A stretch of 64,000 nucleotides of DNA from Octopus sinensis (Eukaryota), in assembly GCF_006345805.1 (NCBI RefSeq), contig NC_043016.1, positions 9,424,001-9,488,000 of the forward strand, written 5' to 3'. This document shows positions 1 through 11,972 of this stretch, piece by piece. Position 1 is the first letter of the stretch, and each line of letters begins with the position of its first letter. Below the pieces are notes generated by a model. The model did no database searches, was not told where the DNA came from, and saw only the letters and a list, made by a program, of their open reading frames with translations. The translations under genes and the position numbers were made by a program.

Positions 1-1179
1 TTCAAGGTGAACATAATATAAGCATTGATTTATATTTCCAGATTCAAAGTTATCTGAATATGACCAATCAGCTGTGGACTTTCCACTTGGAAATAAATTC
101 CATTGGTGTTTCACATAAACCAACAACAAGAAAACCAGAGATGAATTCAAAGTAGTTTTTGAGGTTTTTGATACTACTTTTGAACATATACAGTGCAAAA
201 TAGTCTTCAGTGTACTAGCATAGACTATCAATACAAGAACGACAAAATTATGCAAAAATCGCATTTCTTTGTGTCCTTTTAGTGAGAATGTGAATAATAC
301 GATAATTGCAGAGGAACTGAGAAATAAAGATGTATTAGTATAGTGATACACAAAAGGATTTGATATTTTAAACGTTCTAACTTTGACTACCAAGATTGTC
401 AGGAATGTTAAGACTAGCATCAAAATCACAGCAGCGTTATGTAATACAATGTTTATAAAGTAAAAGGAAATGCTAAATTGACCAAAAAACATATTTGAAT
501 GGTCTGAAATGACGTTAAACAGAAACCACTGTTTAGGGCTTATAAAAAATTTACCATATGTATAATAATCGTCAATTGCTCCTATAACGATTCCCAGGAG
601 AACGCCAAAAGTAATGATTATAAACTGTTGAAAAAACAATCTCCACTTGGAAATATACCAAGATAATACTGGGCAAAAAATAGCTGTATAGAAAACAAGC
701 AGATCAATACGTATATATAGAAGAATACCAATCATAATTCCAGTGCCAAAGTTTCTGAGATGCTTTCCAATTACCTCTATTATAGTGTTATCATTTCCTG
801 TGTTGTTTTTATCTCTATAAATTTTCTCAGCATCAGTTTTTTTGGAGATTCTCTTTAGAACATCCTTGTTCCAGGAAATATTTCTATTCTCCCTAATATC
901 TACGGTTCCATTTCTATTAACTTTTATGGTATTTTTTGTATAGAAACAAAGGAGATCAGAACAAAGAGTTCTCCAGATTACTGATAATGACAAAAACACA
1001 AACGGAGACAAAAAAGTAGAAATTAGCGTGTGTGTACCAAAAACAGATAAGTGAACAGAGAATGCTGCCAGAATACATGCTATGACAGCTAAATCATGTG
1101 ACTTGTAAGCTTCTCTTGAAAATTTATAGACACTCCAGGGTAGGAAAGAAGTGATTGTTGCATGCGTAGTCTTCCATAT
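1..1179 (-). CDS. Large exon (393 codons, 3' end outside window) of a Glyco_transf_22 / ALG9-PIG-B-like dolichol-P-mannose mannosyltransferase
   Basis: Manual translation of 1179->1 is stop-free: IWKTTHATITSFLPWSVYKF...GILLYIRIDLLVF...AIDDYYTYGKFFISPKQWFLFNVISDHSNMFFG...FSLKGHKEMRFLHNF... It has many hydrophobic segments and the family motifs D.Y.YGK...P....FNV and HKE.RF. A polypyrimidine tract plus AG (tgtttctctttgtag) immediately precedes 1179 in phase 0. Confidence 0.88.
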   Translation of the reverse strand, partial: MWKTTHATITSFLPWSVYKFSREAYKSHDLAVIACILAAFSVHLSVFGTHTLISTFLSPFVFLSLSVIWRTLCSDLLCFYTKNTIKVNRNGTVDIRENRNISWNKDVLKRISKKTDAEKIYRDKNNTGNDNTIIEVIGKHLRNFGTGIMIGILLYIRIDLLVFYTAIFCPVLSWYISKWRLFFQQFIIITFGVLLGIVIGAIDDYYTYGKFFISPKQWFLFNVISDHSNMFFGQFSISFYFINIVLHNAAVILMLVLTFLTILVVKVRTFKISNPFVYHYTNTSLFLSSSAIIVLFTFSLKGHKEMRFLHNFVVLVLIVYASTLKTILHCICSKVVSKTSKTTLNSSLVFLLLVYVKHQWNLFPSGKSTADWSYSDNFESGNINQCLYYVHLE

Positions 1180-1479
1180 CTACAAAGAGAAACATTTATG
1201 TATAAGTAAAACGGTTTTTTGTCATATACATTTATTAATATAAAAAAAAAATTTTTTTTAAATAGAATTTACATTTTTTTTTATATGCAAACATTTAGAG
1301 ATCTTCAATGCCAGAATTAAAAATATAATTACTCAAATGTTAAGTTGCAGTGACAAAGAATTTTAATTTGTTAAATATTAGTTAAATGAACCAAAATCAA
1401 ATTTGAAGCTTTGTAATTAACAAACAAGTAATTTCTTTGTTGTAACAACACAAAATAGCTGTTACAACAGCTGGGTGGA

Positions 1480-1670
1480 GGCGCAATGGCCCAGTGGTTA
1501 GGGCAGCAGACTCGCAGTCGTAAGAACACGGTTTCGATTCCCAGGCCGGGCATTGTGAATGATTATTGAGCAAAAAGACCTAAGCTTCACAAGGCTCCGG
1601 CGGGGTGGGGGTGTGAACCCTGCTGTACTCTCTCACCACAACTTTCTCTAATTCTTACTTCCTACTTCTG
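1480..1670 (+). mobile_element. tRNA-derived SINE, family C (3'-truncated)
   Basis: Head ggcgcaatggcccagtggttagggcagcagactcgc...gtttcgattcccaggccggg has A/B-box-like motifs. A homologous full copy lies at 38750-39047. Confidence 0.8.
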
Positions 1671-2323
1671 CCACAAAGCAGAGGAACCATGGTGTAACCC
1701 ACTATGGTGTGGTAAAACTTTCAGATCCTAGTCTAGATTGCGAATCCTATTACCCCAGGATGGTTCAGCTCTCCACCTGTTAAAAGCCACCGTTTATGGA
1801 ATGAGGATAGCAACGTAGCTTTCGCGCCTGTGAAACCACCAGTCTATCGCTTGTGGTGGGTGGATCTTCAAGTTGCCACATGCATTCTTAGTAGCTTAGA
1901 GTAGGCTCAAATTAGAGATTATTCTTTGTGGCTAATGGCGTGAGTCCTGATTGGAAGAAGAAGAAGACAGCTGGGTTTGAAATATTCAAGATATTAAGCG
2001 GGTTTGTATAATTTACTTTTACTAGAATTGTTCTTAATATTTCAAATAAAGCGCTATGTGGGTTTCCTTTTTTGGCTAGATTTTATTCAAAAGATTTTAT
2101 TATTGAAGTTATATTGAATAGGGATATAGGGTTAACTGAATTATTTGGGGTATTTTTGACCATGTTATATCCTATGTACCTATTTGTTTGTATGGTGTTG
2201 GGGATGTGTAGAGTATATGCATCAATTACATATAGTTCATACGACCATTTTTTCCATTTTGTCCTTTTTTTACATGCCTCAGTCACAGAAGAGCAGACAG
2301 CATCCATAAACCATTATCAGGAA

Positions 2324-2696
2324 CTAGCACTATGACCCGGCAACACCAGGTCATAGTGCTAGTGCATGCATATACAGCTGCGTGCGTGTGCACATACACA
2401 CGAGTACTGTCTAAATCTCCGACCAATCACATACAGCTAACTGGCATTCAATTGGCGTATCAAGTTTCGGGCATTTTGATTGGATTTTGGATAGAAAATT
2501 CACAAAAAAGTCACTTCTATTGGTTTTTTTAATGGCTTTGTGGGGTGACTGGGGAAATGTAAAGATGTGCATGACCACCTTTGGACGGTTTTAAATGACA
2601 ATAGAAAGTGCGAGCCCTTTAACTGAAAAATTTTGGATTTGCATAAAAGATACACACACACACAGACAGACATTTTGCCATTTATATATATAGAGA
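2324..2696 (-). mobile_element. Non-autonomous Helitron
   Basis: On the minus strand it starts A|TC (2697|2696) and ends in a hairpin plus CTAG|T (2324-2363), i.e. inserted between A and T with no TSD. Confidence 0.7.
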
Positions 2697-3019
2697 TTCT
2701 ATTTCAGATAAAAGAAAAAAGAAAATTGTAGATTGTCTTCAGACTGGAGACTTGGTTTTAATTTTTGCTCCAGGATGAATCAAGTAGCGATGTTAAACCA
2801 GGCAATGAAGAATGTCTGCCAGCCAAGAACAGGAACAATCCTTCCGATGGGATTCCATACAGGTTTTGTCAACTAAATTTCTCTTATATGGCTTTGGTCA
2901 TGCTAAGGCTATAGTAGAACGTGCAAAATTCTACACTGGAAAATAGAATCTGAAACCAGACGTGTAGCAAAGCAATCTGCTCATACAGTTATGCTTGCGT
3001 CCATTAATTTTCTTTGTAA

Positions 3020-3750
3020 GTTATTTCATTTGAATGGGTTCATTAACAAATGAAATTGCAGTTTTTGGGGCTCTGAGAAACTAAGAACAGTACACCAACG
3101 AGAACTGCACCCTGTAAGGTGCACAGTATGGTGTGGATTGACAGCAGATGAAATTATTGGTCCTTATTTCTTTACGGATAATGACGGAAATGCTGTCACA
3201 GTGACTGGAGAAATGGTACAGAACTATGATTGAGACCCTTTTGCACCCGGCCATTCAAAGTAGACCTCACATATGGTTCCAGCAACTGCTCATACCACAA
3301 GAGAAACAATGCAGTTGCTATGGCAGTGCTTTGGGGAGAGAATAATCTCCCACTATGGCAATGTCAAGTGGCCTTCACATTCCCCAGACTTGACTAACTT
3401 GGATATTTTCTTGTGGGGATACTTGAAAGAGAGGGTTTATGTCAAGAAACCAGAGACCCTGGTACAACTGGAGGAGAACATCAATAGAGAAATCAGAGAA
3501 GTGGGTTCTAAAACTCTTAAGGGTGTTGTGGTGCAAGTTTTGGAAAAAACATGGGCGTGTGAAACCGAAAATGGCTGCCATTTAAGCGATGTCATTTTTC
3601 ATATGTGATGTAGAGGTGCTGCAAACTTTGACTTGTGCCTATTAATTTCCATTATGTCCCTTATATTGTATCAAAATTTCATGCATTTATTTGTAAAGTT
3701 ATGGAAGTTATTCAGAATTGAAACCCATCAGTGATTTTTAGGACATGCAT
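3020..3750 (+). pseudogene. Decayed IS630-Tc1-mariner transposase (maT/rosa-like), C-terminal half
   Basis: Frameshifted translation gives HLNGFINK...HPVRCTVWCGLTADEIIGPYFF and WPSHSPDLTNLDIFLWGYLKERVY (ORF 3273-3608). Confidence 0.85.
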
Positions 3751-3814
<64 letters not shown>

Positions 3815-3821
3815 ATAATTA

Positions 3822-4022
3822 TTATTTGAGGGAATATTATTCCTAACTTACAGGGAAAAATTCATTTTAGAAATACTAAATCAAAATTCACAAAACATAA
3901 TATATATATCTATAAAAATTAGAAAAAAACACCTTTACTATTTCTATTATATGTAATTTTCTAGATGGTGTAATTTAATTGTTCATTTTGAATTGATAAA
4001 AGGTGATTTTTTTTCTAATTAC
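3822..4022. mobile_element. AT-rich interspersed repeat with inverted ends (Penelope-like terminal fragment)
   Basis: Shares blocks with 20855-21150, 22488-22565 and 22965-23235. aattagaaaaaaacacctttt is inverted against aaaaggtgattttttttctaatt. Confidence 0.5.
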
Positions 4023-4149
4023 TATATATATATATGTATGTATGTGTGTATGTATGTATGTATGTATGTATGTATACACGCACATGCACACATACATTCA
4101 CACACACATGCACCCGCACATATATTCATATATGTGTGTGTGTCTATGT

Positions 4150-4372
4150 GTTTGTGTTTGTCCCTCCCTACTCCTTGACAATTGGCGTTGGTTTGTTTAT
4201 GCTCCCATAACCTAGCAGTTCAGCAAAAGTGACTGACATATTAATTCCCAGGCATAGGTAAAATAAACAAGCAAATACTAGGGAAGGTGGTTCGTTCAAT
4301 TAAACCCTTCAATGCAGTGCCCCAGCATGGCCACAGTCCAATGCTTGAAACAAGTAAAAGCTAAAAGATAAG
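4150..4372 (+). mobile_element. SINE family A, 3' half, diverged
   Basis: cagcatggccacagtccaatgcttgaaacaagtaaaagctaaaagat matches the family A 3' end. Confidence 0.65.
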
Positions 4373-4811
4373 TGACACACGTACTGTTAACGTAATTCTC
4401 AAGCAGAATGAGCTTGATGTAGTGTGCGGCATGGCTGGATCTTTGAACTGCAGGTGCAATCACCACAGATTTTTTTTCCCTTGATCTGAGACTACAATAT
4501 AAAAACGCTCGACTCGAATGCCACGATGTGGGACTGAACCGGGGAGCTCCTGATTTACAAAGGGAAGGATATTACCATTTAGTCATGCCCAAGTTCGTGA
4601 CAGAATAAGTAAGCAGAACAAACACAAGTGTGCCAGTAGTGTAACAAAAGTAATGATGATGATGATGATGGTATTAATAATAATAATAGTAATAATAATA
4701 ATAATGAGGATCAATGTATTTGCTCCCATAGATGAATCATTCTATATTCATCATAATCAGATTTAGACTAAATAGAAACAACATCAACTACAAAGAAATC
4801 AAAATTACTGT

Positions 4812-5600
4812 ACACACACACACACACACACACACTCATAATAACATACACACACACATATTCAATTATACAAATATAATTATATATACACATATGTGTA
4901 AATACAGCGCTAGTACATACATGCATACATACATACATAGATATATACATACATACATTCATACATGCATACATACATACATACATTCATACATGCATAC
5001 ATACATACATACATACATGCATACATACATACATACATACATAGATACATACATACATGCATACATACATGCATTCATTCATACATACCTACATACATAC
5101 ATACATGCATACATACATGCATACATACATACATGCATACATACCTACATACATACATATATGCATACATACATGCATACATACATACATGCATATATAC
5201 ATACATACATACATACATACATACATACATACCTACATACATACATACATACATGCACACATACATACATACGTACGTACATAAATACATACATACATAC
5301 ATACATGCATACATACATACGTACATACATACACACATACATACATACATACATACATTCATACATACATACATACGTACGTACATACATTTAAACATAC
5401 ATACATACATGCATACATACATACATACATACATACATACATACATACATACATACATACATTCATTCATACATACATACATACATACATACATACATAC
5501 ATACATACATTCATACATACATATATGTATACATACATATACAAGTATACACACAAACAGATAGATATCCACACGCACACATGCATGCACTCATTAGACA
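4812..5600. repeat. (CA)n/(TACA)n compound microsatellite
   Basis: Directly visible tetranucleotide tract. Confidence 0.97.
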
Positions 5601-6127
5601 TGCTCCTCTCTTTCACACACGCATACACACAGTACACGCATAGACACAATGCACCCATATACGCATGCACACGTACACATACAGACACGCATGACCCGGC
5701 AGTCATCAAATGGATCCGAGAAAAGAGAAAGAGAGGAAGATAGAGAAAGGGCATAATTCTAAATCTACAATACACACCAAATCTTTTATGGATTTGCACT
5801 CTGTTCCTTGGGTGATTCACTAGAACGGTGCAGTTAATTTGGACAGACGGGCGGACGGACGGACGGACGGAGGAGGAAAAGAAGGAAAAACGGCTGTTTG
5901 AAGTGAGATGAAACAAGCCCACAACAAACATACAAACATACAAACATACAAACAGACAAACATACAAACATACAAACATACAAACATACAAATAAACAGA
6001 CAAACAAACAAACATTAAGAAACGACAAGAACAAAAGTAAGAGAAAAACAAGTTTAAAATATTTCGAGTTGGGGTTGGAGGTGGAGAGAGAGAGAGAGAC
6101 TAAGAATGGGGGAACAATATTATTTTG

Positions 6128-6530
6128 AAGGTGGTGGTGGTGGTGGTGGTGGTGGTGGTGGTGTGGCGGTGGTGGTGTGGCGGTGGTGGTGGTGGTGGTG
6201 GTGGTGGTGGTGGTGGTAGTGGTGGTGGTGGTGGTGTGGTTGTGGTAATGGTTGGGGATGGTGGTGATGGTGGTGATGTGGTGGTGGTGGTGGTGGTGCG
6301 GTGGTGGTGGTGGTGGTAGTAGTGGTGGTGGTGGTGGTGGTGATGGTGGTGGTGGTGGTGATGGCGGTGGTGTGGCGGTGGTGGTGGTGGGTGGTGGTGG
6401 TGGTTGGTGGTGGTGGTGGTAGTGGTGGTGGTGGTGGTGGTGGTGGTAGTGGTGGTGGTGGTGGTAGTGGTGGTGGTGTGGCGGTGGTGGTGGTGGTGGT
6501 GGTGGATGTGGTAGTGGTGGTGGTGGTGGT
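6128..6530. repeat. (GGT)n trinucleotide tract
   Basis: About 400 bp of ggt repeats with few interruptions. Confidence 0.97.
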
Positions 6531-6974
6531 GGGAACTAAAAGCTGATTCAGTTTATAAGACGACTCATCCATCTCTCGAAAAGTGAATACGAATTGATGA
6601 AAACAACATTTCACACGCGCATGCACGCAGGTACACGCACGCATACACGCACAGGCGTGCATACTCGCTTATAAGCACAAACGCACACAATCTTGCCCTG
6701 CACCCCTCCCCTACCGCCGCCACCATTGACAGAAATACACACACAAGCGTAGAACATGCACGTACACACACACACACACACACACACAGAGTGAATTTCC
6801 AATATACATGTACATATTTATGCACACACAAAGACAAACATACACACACATGCATACACACACATATGCACATGCACACACGCAGGCATACAAACGTATG
6901 TTTTTTTTAATTATCTTTTACTCTTTTAATTGTATACCTCTTCCTTTATTCATCTCTTAATCTCTATCCTTCAT

Positions 6975-6976
6975 TA

Positions 6977-7008
<32 letters not shown>

Positions 7009-7233
7009 TGCATGCACATGTGCACATGCATTTGTGAATACTTAGATATATGTAAATATATGTATGTATGCATGTATTTAGAGAAATATAACACACACAC
7101 GCGCACTCATACACACACATACACACACACACACACAAATTCGCACTCAGGTGTACATTTAAGTATGCCTGCACAAATATGTATGTATGCATGTATGTAT
7201 GTGTGTGTGTATATATATATGTGCATATGTATG

Positions 7234-7264
<31 letters not shown>

Positions 7265-7322
7265 ATGAGTATATATATATATGTATATATGTGTGTGTGT
7301 GTGTACGTGTGTATATATATAT

Positions 7323-7369
<47 letters not shown>

Positions 7370-7412
7370 ATATATGTGTATGTGTATGTATATATATATA
7401 TGTATATATATA

Positions 7413-7461
<49 letters not shown>

Positions 7462-7680
7462 TATATATATATGTATATGTATATGTGTGTGTATGTACAT
7501 ATATGTATATATATGTGTGTGTGTATGTATATATATGTATGTGTGTGTGTATGTATTATAAATATATTTTACATATATATATATTTATAATACACACACA
7601 CATATCTATATGCATACATACTGCATATATACTACACACACACACACACACACACACCCGTGTGTGTGTGCACACAAGTA
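6975..7680. repeat. (TG)n/(TA)n compound microsatellite
   Basis: Directly visible. Confidence 0.95.
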
Positions 7681-8014
7681 TATGCTTCCTATGGGGACCA
7701 TGTCCTTCTCTCTCTCCTTCTGTAATTTCTTCACAGTTATCTTTGCGTCTGTGTCAGACAATCTGTCTAAAAGCAAATTGGCCGAAAGAAAAGATAAGAT
7801 AGTTATTGCATTCCCAGCACGGGATTAGCAGGAGTTCTTTGATGTTTGCCGGCGTCTTTGGACAGAACGCTGCATTCTTCATGACTTACTGACAAGAGTA
7901 GGTACCAGATCTTCTGAGATGATAAAGTTTGCAAATTTAATCAAGTTTGAAACATTTGGATAAGTTTGTTTACCAAGTTTCAGCCTTTTTTTTTTGTTAA
8001 TAATAATTTTTACA

Positions 8015-8022
8015 TCATCATT

Positions 8023-8055
<33 letters not shown>

Positions 8056-8263
8056 TACCCCCCTCCTCTTCTTCTTCTTCTTCATCATTATCATCATCAT
8101 TGTCATTGTTGTTGTCATCATCATTATCATCATCATCATCATTACTACCATCATTATCAATGCCCTCATCATTATCCTAATCATTATCATCATCATCATC
8201 ATCCACCTCTCCTCCTCCTCCTCCTCTTCACCATCATCATCGTCAGTGTCATCGTCATCGTTG

Positions 8264-8302
<39 letters not shown>

Positions 8303-8314
8303 CCATCCTCATCG

Positions 8315-8351
<37 letters not shown>

Positions 8352-8420
8352 TATCATCATCATCATCATCATCATCATCGTCATCATCATCGTCGTCATC
8401 ATCATCATCATCATTATCAT
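8015..8420. repeat. (ATC)n trinucleotide tract
   Basis: Directly visible. Confidence 0.97.
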
Positions 8421-8829
8421 TTAACTTAGAGAATAAAGATATACAAAGTCTCTTGCAGTTGTTTCTAGAATAGCCAATCTGGTGGATCATCATTTTAACT
8501 AAGGGTGCCATAGGCTGAGTATTCCCTCATCGGAGAGGGAGAAGTCCGAGACATGTAAAAGTGAGGGGAAATCCACAATTGAGGATATTAGTATATCCCA
8601 GTTGGTCAAAAATGAGATAAGGTTTCGTGTAAAATAGAAATGTGTTAGGTAGATTCCATGATCAAATGAAATATACAGTTATAAGTCATATCCAATGGCA
8701 GCTTGTACTATGATGACCCATAGAAGCTGTCATTGGATATTACCTATAGCTATTTTTCATTTGATCATCATGGTTCTACCAGACGCATTCCTATTTTACT
8801 CTGATCAATCACACTTCTACTTATATCTT

Positions 8830-10075
8830 CTCAAGCACAACAAACTGCCAGGGGTCTTGCTCACCTCTCTTTCCCTCTGGGATTCTTAACGTCTGAAGAT
8901 CCTTTTTCACCACTTCATCCCATGTATTTCAGGATCTACCCCTTCCACATGTTCCCTCTATAATTAGAGACCGGCACCTCTTGATGCAACTATCTTCATT
9001 CATACACATCACATGGCCACACCAGTGCAGTCTTCTCTCTTGCATGCAACATCTGATGTCTCATATAATCCAGTTTTTCTTTGAAATCACTTACACACTG
9101 TCATATATGCATATTGACATTACCCATTCAGCAAAGCATACTGGCTTCATTCCTTCCAAGTCTTCACATATCCTCAGTAGTCACAGCCCATGTCTCACTG
9201 CCATGTAGCATTGCTGTTCATATACAGGCATCATGCAATCTGTCTTTCATTCTGAGACCCTTTCTTTCTAACAGAGGTAGTAACTTACTATTTTTAAATC
9301 TCACAACGTGAGATATTCAGCAATAGTACTTTGTAGTACTTTGTCCTAAACCAGGACTACCATGTTATGTTGGCAAACAATCTTTACTCCAAAGTACTGT
9401 TGCTGAATATCTCACATTGTGAGATTTAAAAATAGTAATTTTCTAATTTATAAATCAGTGACTAGTTGTCACTTCGAAAACTATATATTTCGAATGGGAA
9501 TTTGGTAGTGCCACCTCTAGCTGAACAATTATTATGTGCCAATGAAGAGCAATAACCCAGAAATCATGATACACAGATATTGTTTTGAGCTGAGCGGGGA
9601 TGCTAGATTCCTTTGTTAAAAAATATAAGGACACAGATCATGTCGTGTAGACAGCTGGAGACAATGTCTCCTGGGGCTAAATTACAGCAACATTTGCCCT
9701 AAACCAGGACTGCCATACTATGCTGGCAAACAATCTTTACTACAACAGAGGTAGTAACTCTCTGAATTTTGCCCAGCCCATTTTTATTTTAGCATCTATG
9801 CTTTTGAACCAACCTTCCTCACTACTAACTTGGTCTCTTTGGTAACAGAAACTGTCTACTATGTCCCTGACATTTGAGGGAGTCTAATTTTTGTACATTC
9901 TTGGTGTTTAATGTACCTGCACATCTGCCATATGTAAAGATTGCTTTCTCTGTTAGTCTTCCACTGAAACTGCTACACCTCTTATGTGTCCATAACTTGC
10001 ACTGGGTACACCTTATGGAATTTCTCCCAACACCTTTTCTACATATCAAGCAGGGCCATTTCCCTGAAGGGATCT
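8830..10075 (-). mobile_element. Decayed RTE-clade LINE ORF fragment interrupted by a 458-bp insertion (9286-9743)
   Basis: Homologous to 25700-26560. The Cys-rich GKWPCLICRKGVGRNSIRCTQCKLWTHKRCS segment is in ORF 9825-10118. Confidence 0.8.
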
Positions 10076-10099
10076 GTTGTAATGTATATAAGAAATTAA

Positions 10100-10660
10100 A
10101 AAAGGAAAATACACACACTTACATAGTTTTAATATAATTTTTAATATATCGACCAGTTTCGCTATTGCTATTCATGATATTAAGTTTTACTTATTTGAAT
10201 AATCTTTTTCTTAAGAAGAAATTTTGTCCATGTTGTGTGTGATGAAATTCACAAGTGAATGACTTCACAAGTAGATAAATAAAGGAGGTAATTGGTTGTC
10301 GTTATATTGTTATTGTTGTGGGTAAGGGAGATAACTGTTCAGCTTTCAGTAATGGGAGGGGAATATATGTGTACAGACGAGACAAGTTTCAAAACCTTGT
10401 TTAGTGAGGGGGGATTTATGTACAGTGATGTAATCGTGAATTGAAATATGTAAAAAGATAAAAGTTGGTTATGCGTGCATATTAAGATGTGTTTTGTATT
10501 TTTCAATGAAAAAAGTTTCTTTATTTAAACGTTCTAGTTGAGAGATTGTGTCTTTGCTCTGGTAAAAAGGGAAGACTGTGAAATTGGTTGATGTTATCTG
10601 CACATTTTTCTATATGTTCACTGAGAGGAATTTGTCTGTATTGCGGAAACAGATTGCTCT
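10100..10660 (-). mobile_element. Penelope-like element: GIY-YIG endonuclease C-terminus plus 3' region with decayed hammerhead
   Basis: Minus-strand peptides PQYRQIPLSEHIEKC and, after a frameshift, KETFFIEKYKTHLN resemble the PLE GIY-YIG C-terminus. The element is truncated by the assembly gap. Confidence 0.7.
10146..10180 (-). ncRNA. Decayed minimal type I hammerhead ribozyme
   Basis: ATATC-ATGAATA-GC AATA GC-GAAA-C TG G-TC|GATAT. Stem I (5 bp), stem II and GAAA are intact; the core differs from CUGANGA at two positions. Confidence 0.6.
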
Positions 10661-10760
10661 NNNNNNNNNNNNNNNNNNNNNNNNNNNNNNNNNNNNNNNN
10701 NNNNNNNNNNNNNNNNNNNNNNNNNNNNNNNNNNNNNNNNNNNNNNNNNNNNNNNNNNNN
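10661..10760. other. Assembly gap (100 N)
   Basis: Run of N. Confidence 1.
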
Positions 10761-10770
10761 AGATAGATAA

Positions 10771-10825
<55 letters not shown>

Positions 10826-10942
10826 TACATATACATACTATATAAATATATTTACACACTCATCCATATATACATTCATACATACACACATGCACACATA
10901 CGCACAAACACACATGCATACATACATACATACATACATACA

Positions 10943-10973
<31 letters not shown>

Positions 10974-10990
10974 GTATGTACATACATACA
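10761..10990. repeat. (GATA)n/(TACA)n microsatellite
   Basis: Directly visible. Confidence 0.95.
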
Positions 10991-11365
10991 GATATAAATC
11001 TTTATACTATTGTGAGGTTGTTCCTATCAGGGTGGTCAATCATGTAGTGACTCCCAAGCTCCCAGGAAACTTCCTGTTGTGTTTCAGTTAGTCATAACAA
11101 ACATTCAAAGTCAATATGTCAGTTGCTGTTTCTTTTTTTTAATATCTTTAATATTTTTTCCTGCTTCATACATACTTAACCTTTTGTCATTGTGACTATC
11201 TTTTTACAAATGTCCAAAGATATATATATATAATATATATGTTAATAAAATAGAACATATGCATATATATAAACATATATGTACGTACCAATATATATAT
11301 ATATGTATGTATGTATCTATATATATATAATATATATATATTATATATATATATATATATATCTT

Positions 11366-11868
11366 CATCATCATCATCGTTTAACATCCGCTTCCATGCT
11401 AGCATGGGTTGGATGATTTGACTGAGGACTGGCGAACCAGATGGCTGCACCAGGCTCCAATCTTGATCTGGCAGAGTTTCTACAGCTGGATGTCCTTCCT
11501 AACACCAACCACTCCAAGAGTGTAGTGGGTGCTTTTACGTGCCACCGGCACGAGGGCCAGTCGGTCGGTACTGGCAACAGACATGCTCAAATGGTGCTTT
11601 TTACGTGCCACCTGCACAGGAGCCAGTCCAGCGGCACTGGCAACGACCTTGCTCGAATGTTTTGTTCACATGCCACCAGCACAAGCACCAGTAAAGGCAA
11701 TGCAGGTAATGATCACACTCAAATGGTGCTTTTTATGTGCCACCGATATGGAAGCCAGACAGCTGCTCTGGCAGTGATCCCGCTCGGATGGAACTGTTAG
11801 CCAGTCATCGAATTTGGTTCAATTTCGATTTCATTGCCCCAACGGTCTTGCAAGCAGAGTTTAGTGTC
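11366..11868 (-). mobile_element. RTE LINE 3' end with (GAT)n tail
   Basis: catcatcgtttaacatccgcttccatgctagcatgggttgga...ctggatgtccttcctaacaccaacc matches the 3' end of the 25107-27191 element. Confidence 0.85.
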
Positions 11869-11915
11869 TATATATATTATATATATATATATCTATATAT
11901 ATATAGATATATATA

Positions 11916-11972
<57 letters not shown>

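Noticed and set aside
3993-8511. Numerous long ORFs rich in Y/I/H/T/C/V/M, poly-Pro/His/Gly or poly-Asp/Ser
   Set aside because: They are translations of (TACA)n, (TG)n, (GGT)n and (ATC)n microsatellites, which lack stops in several frames.
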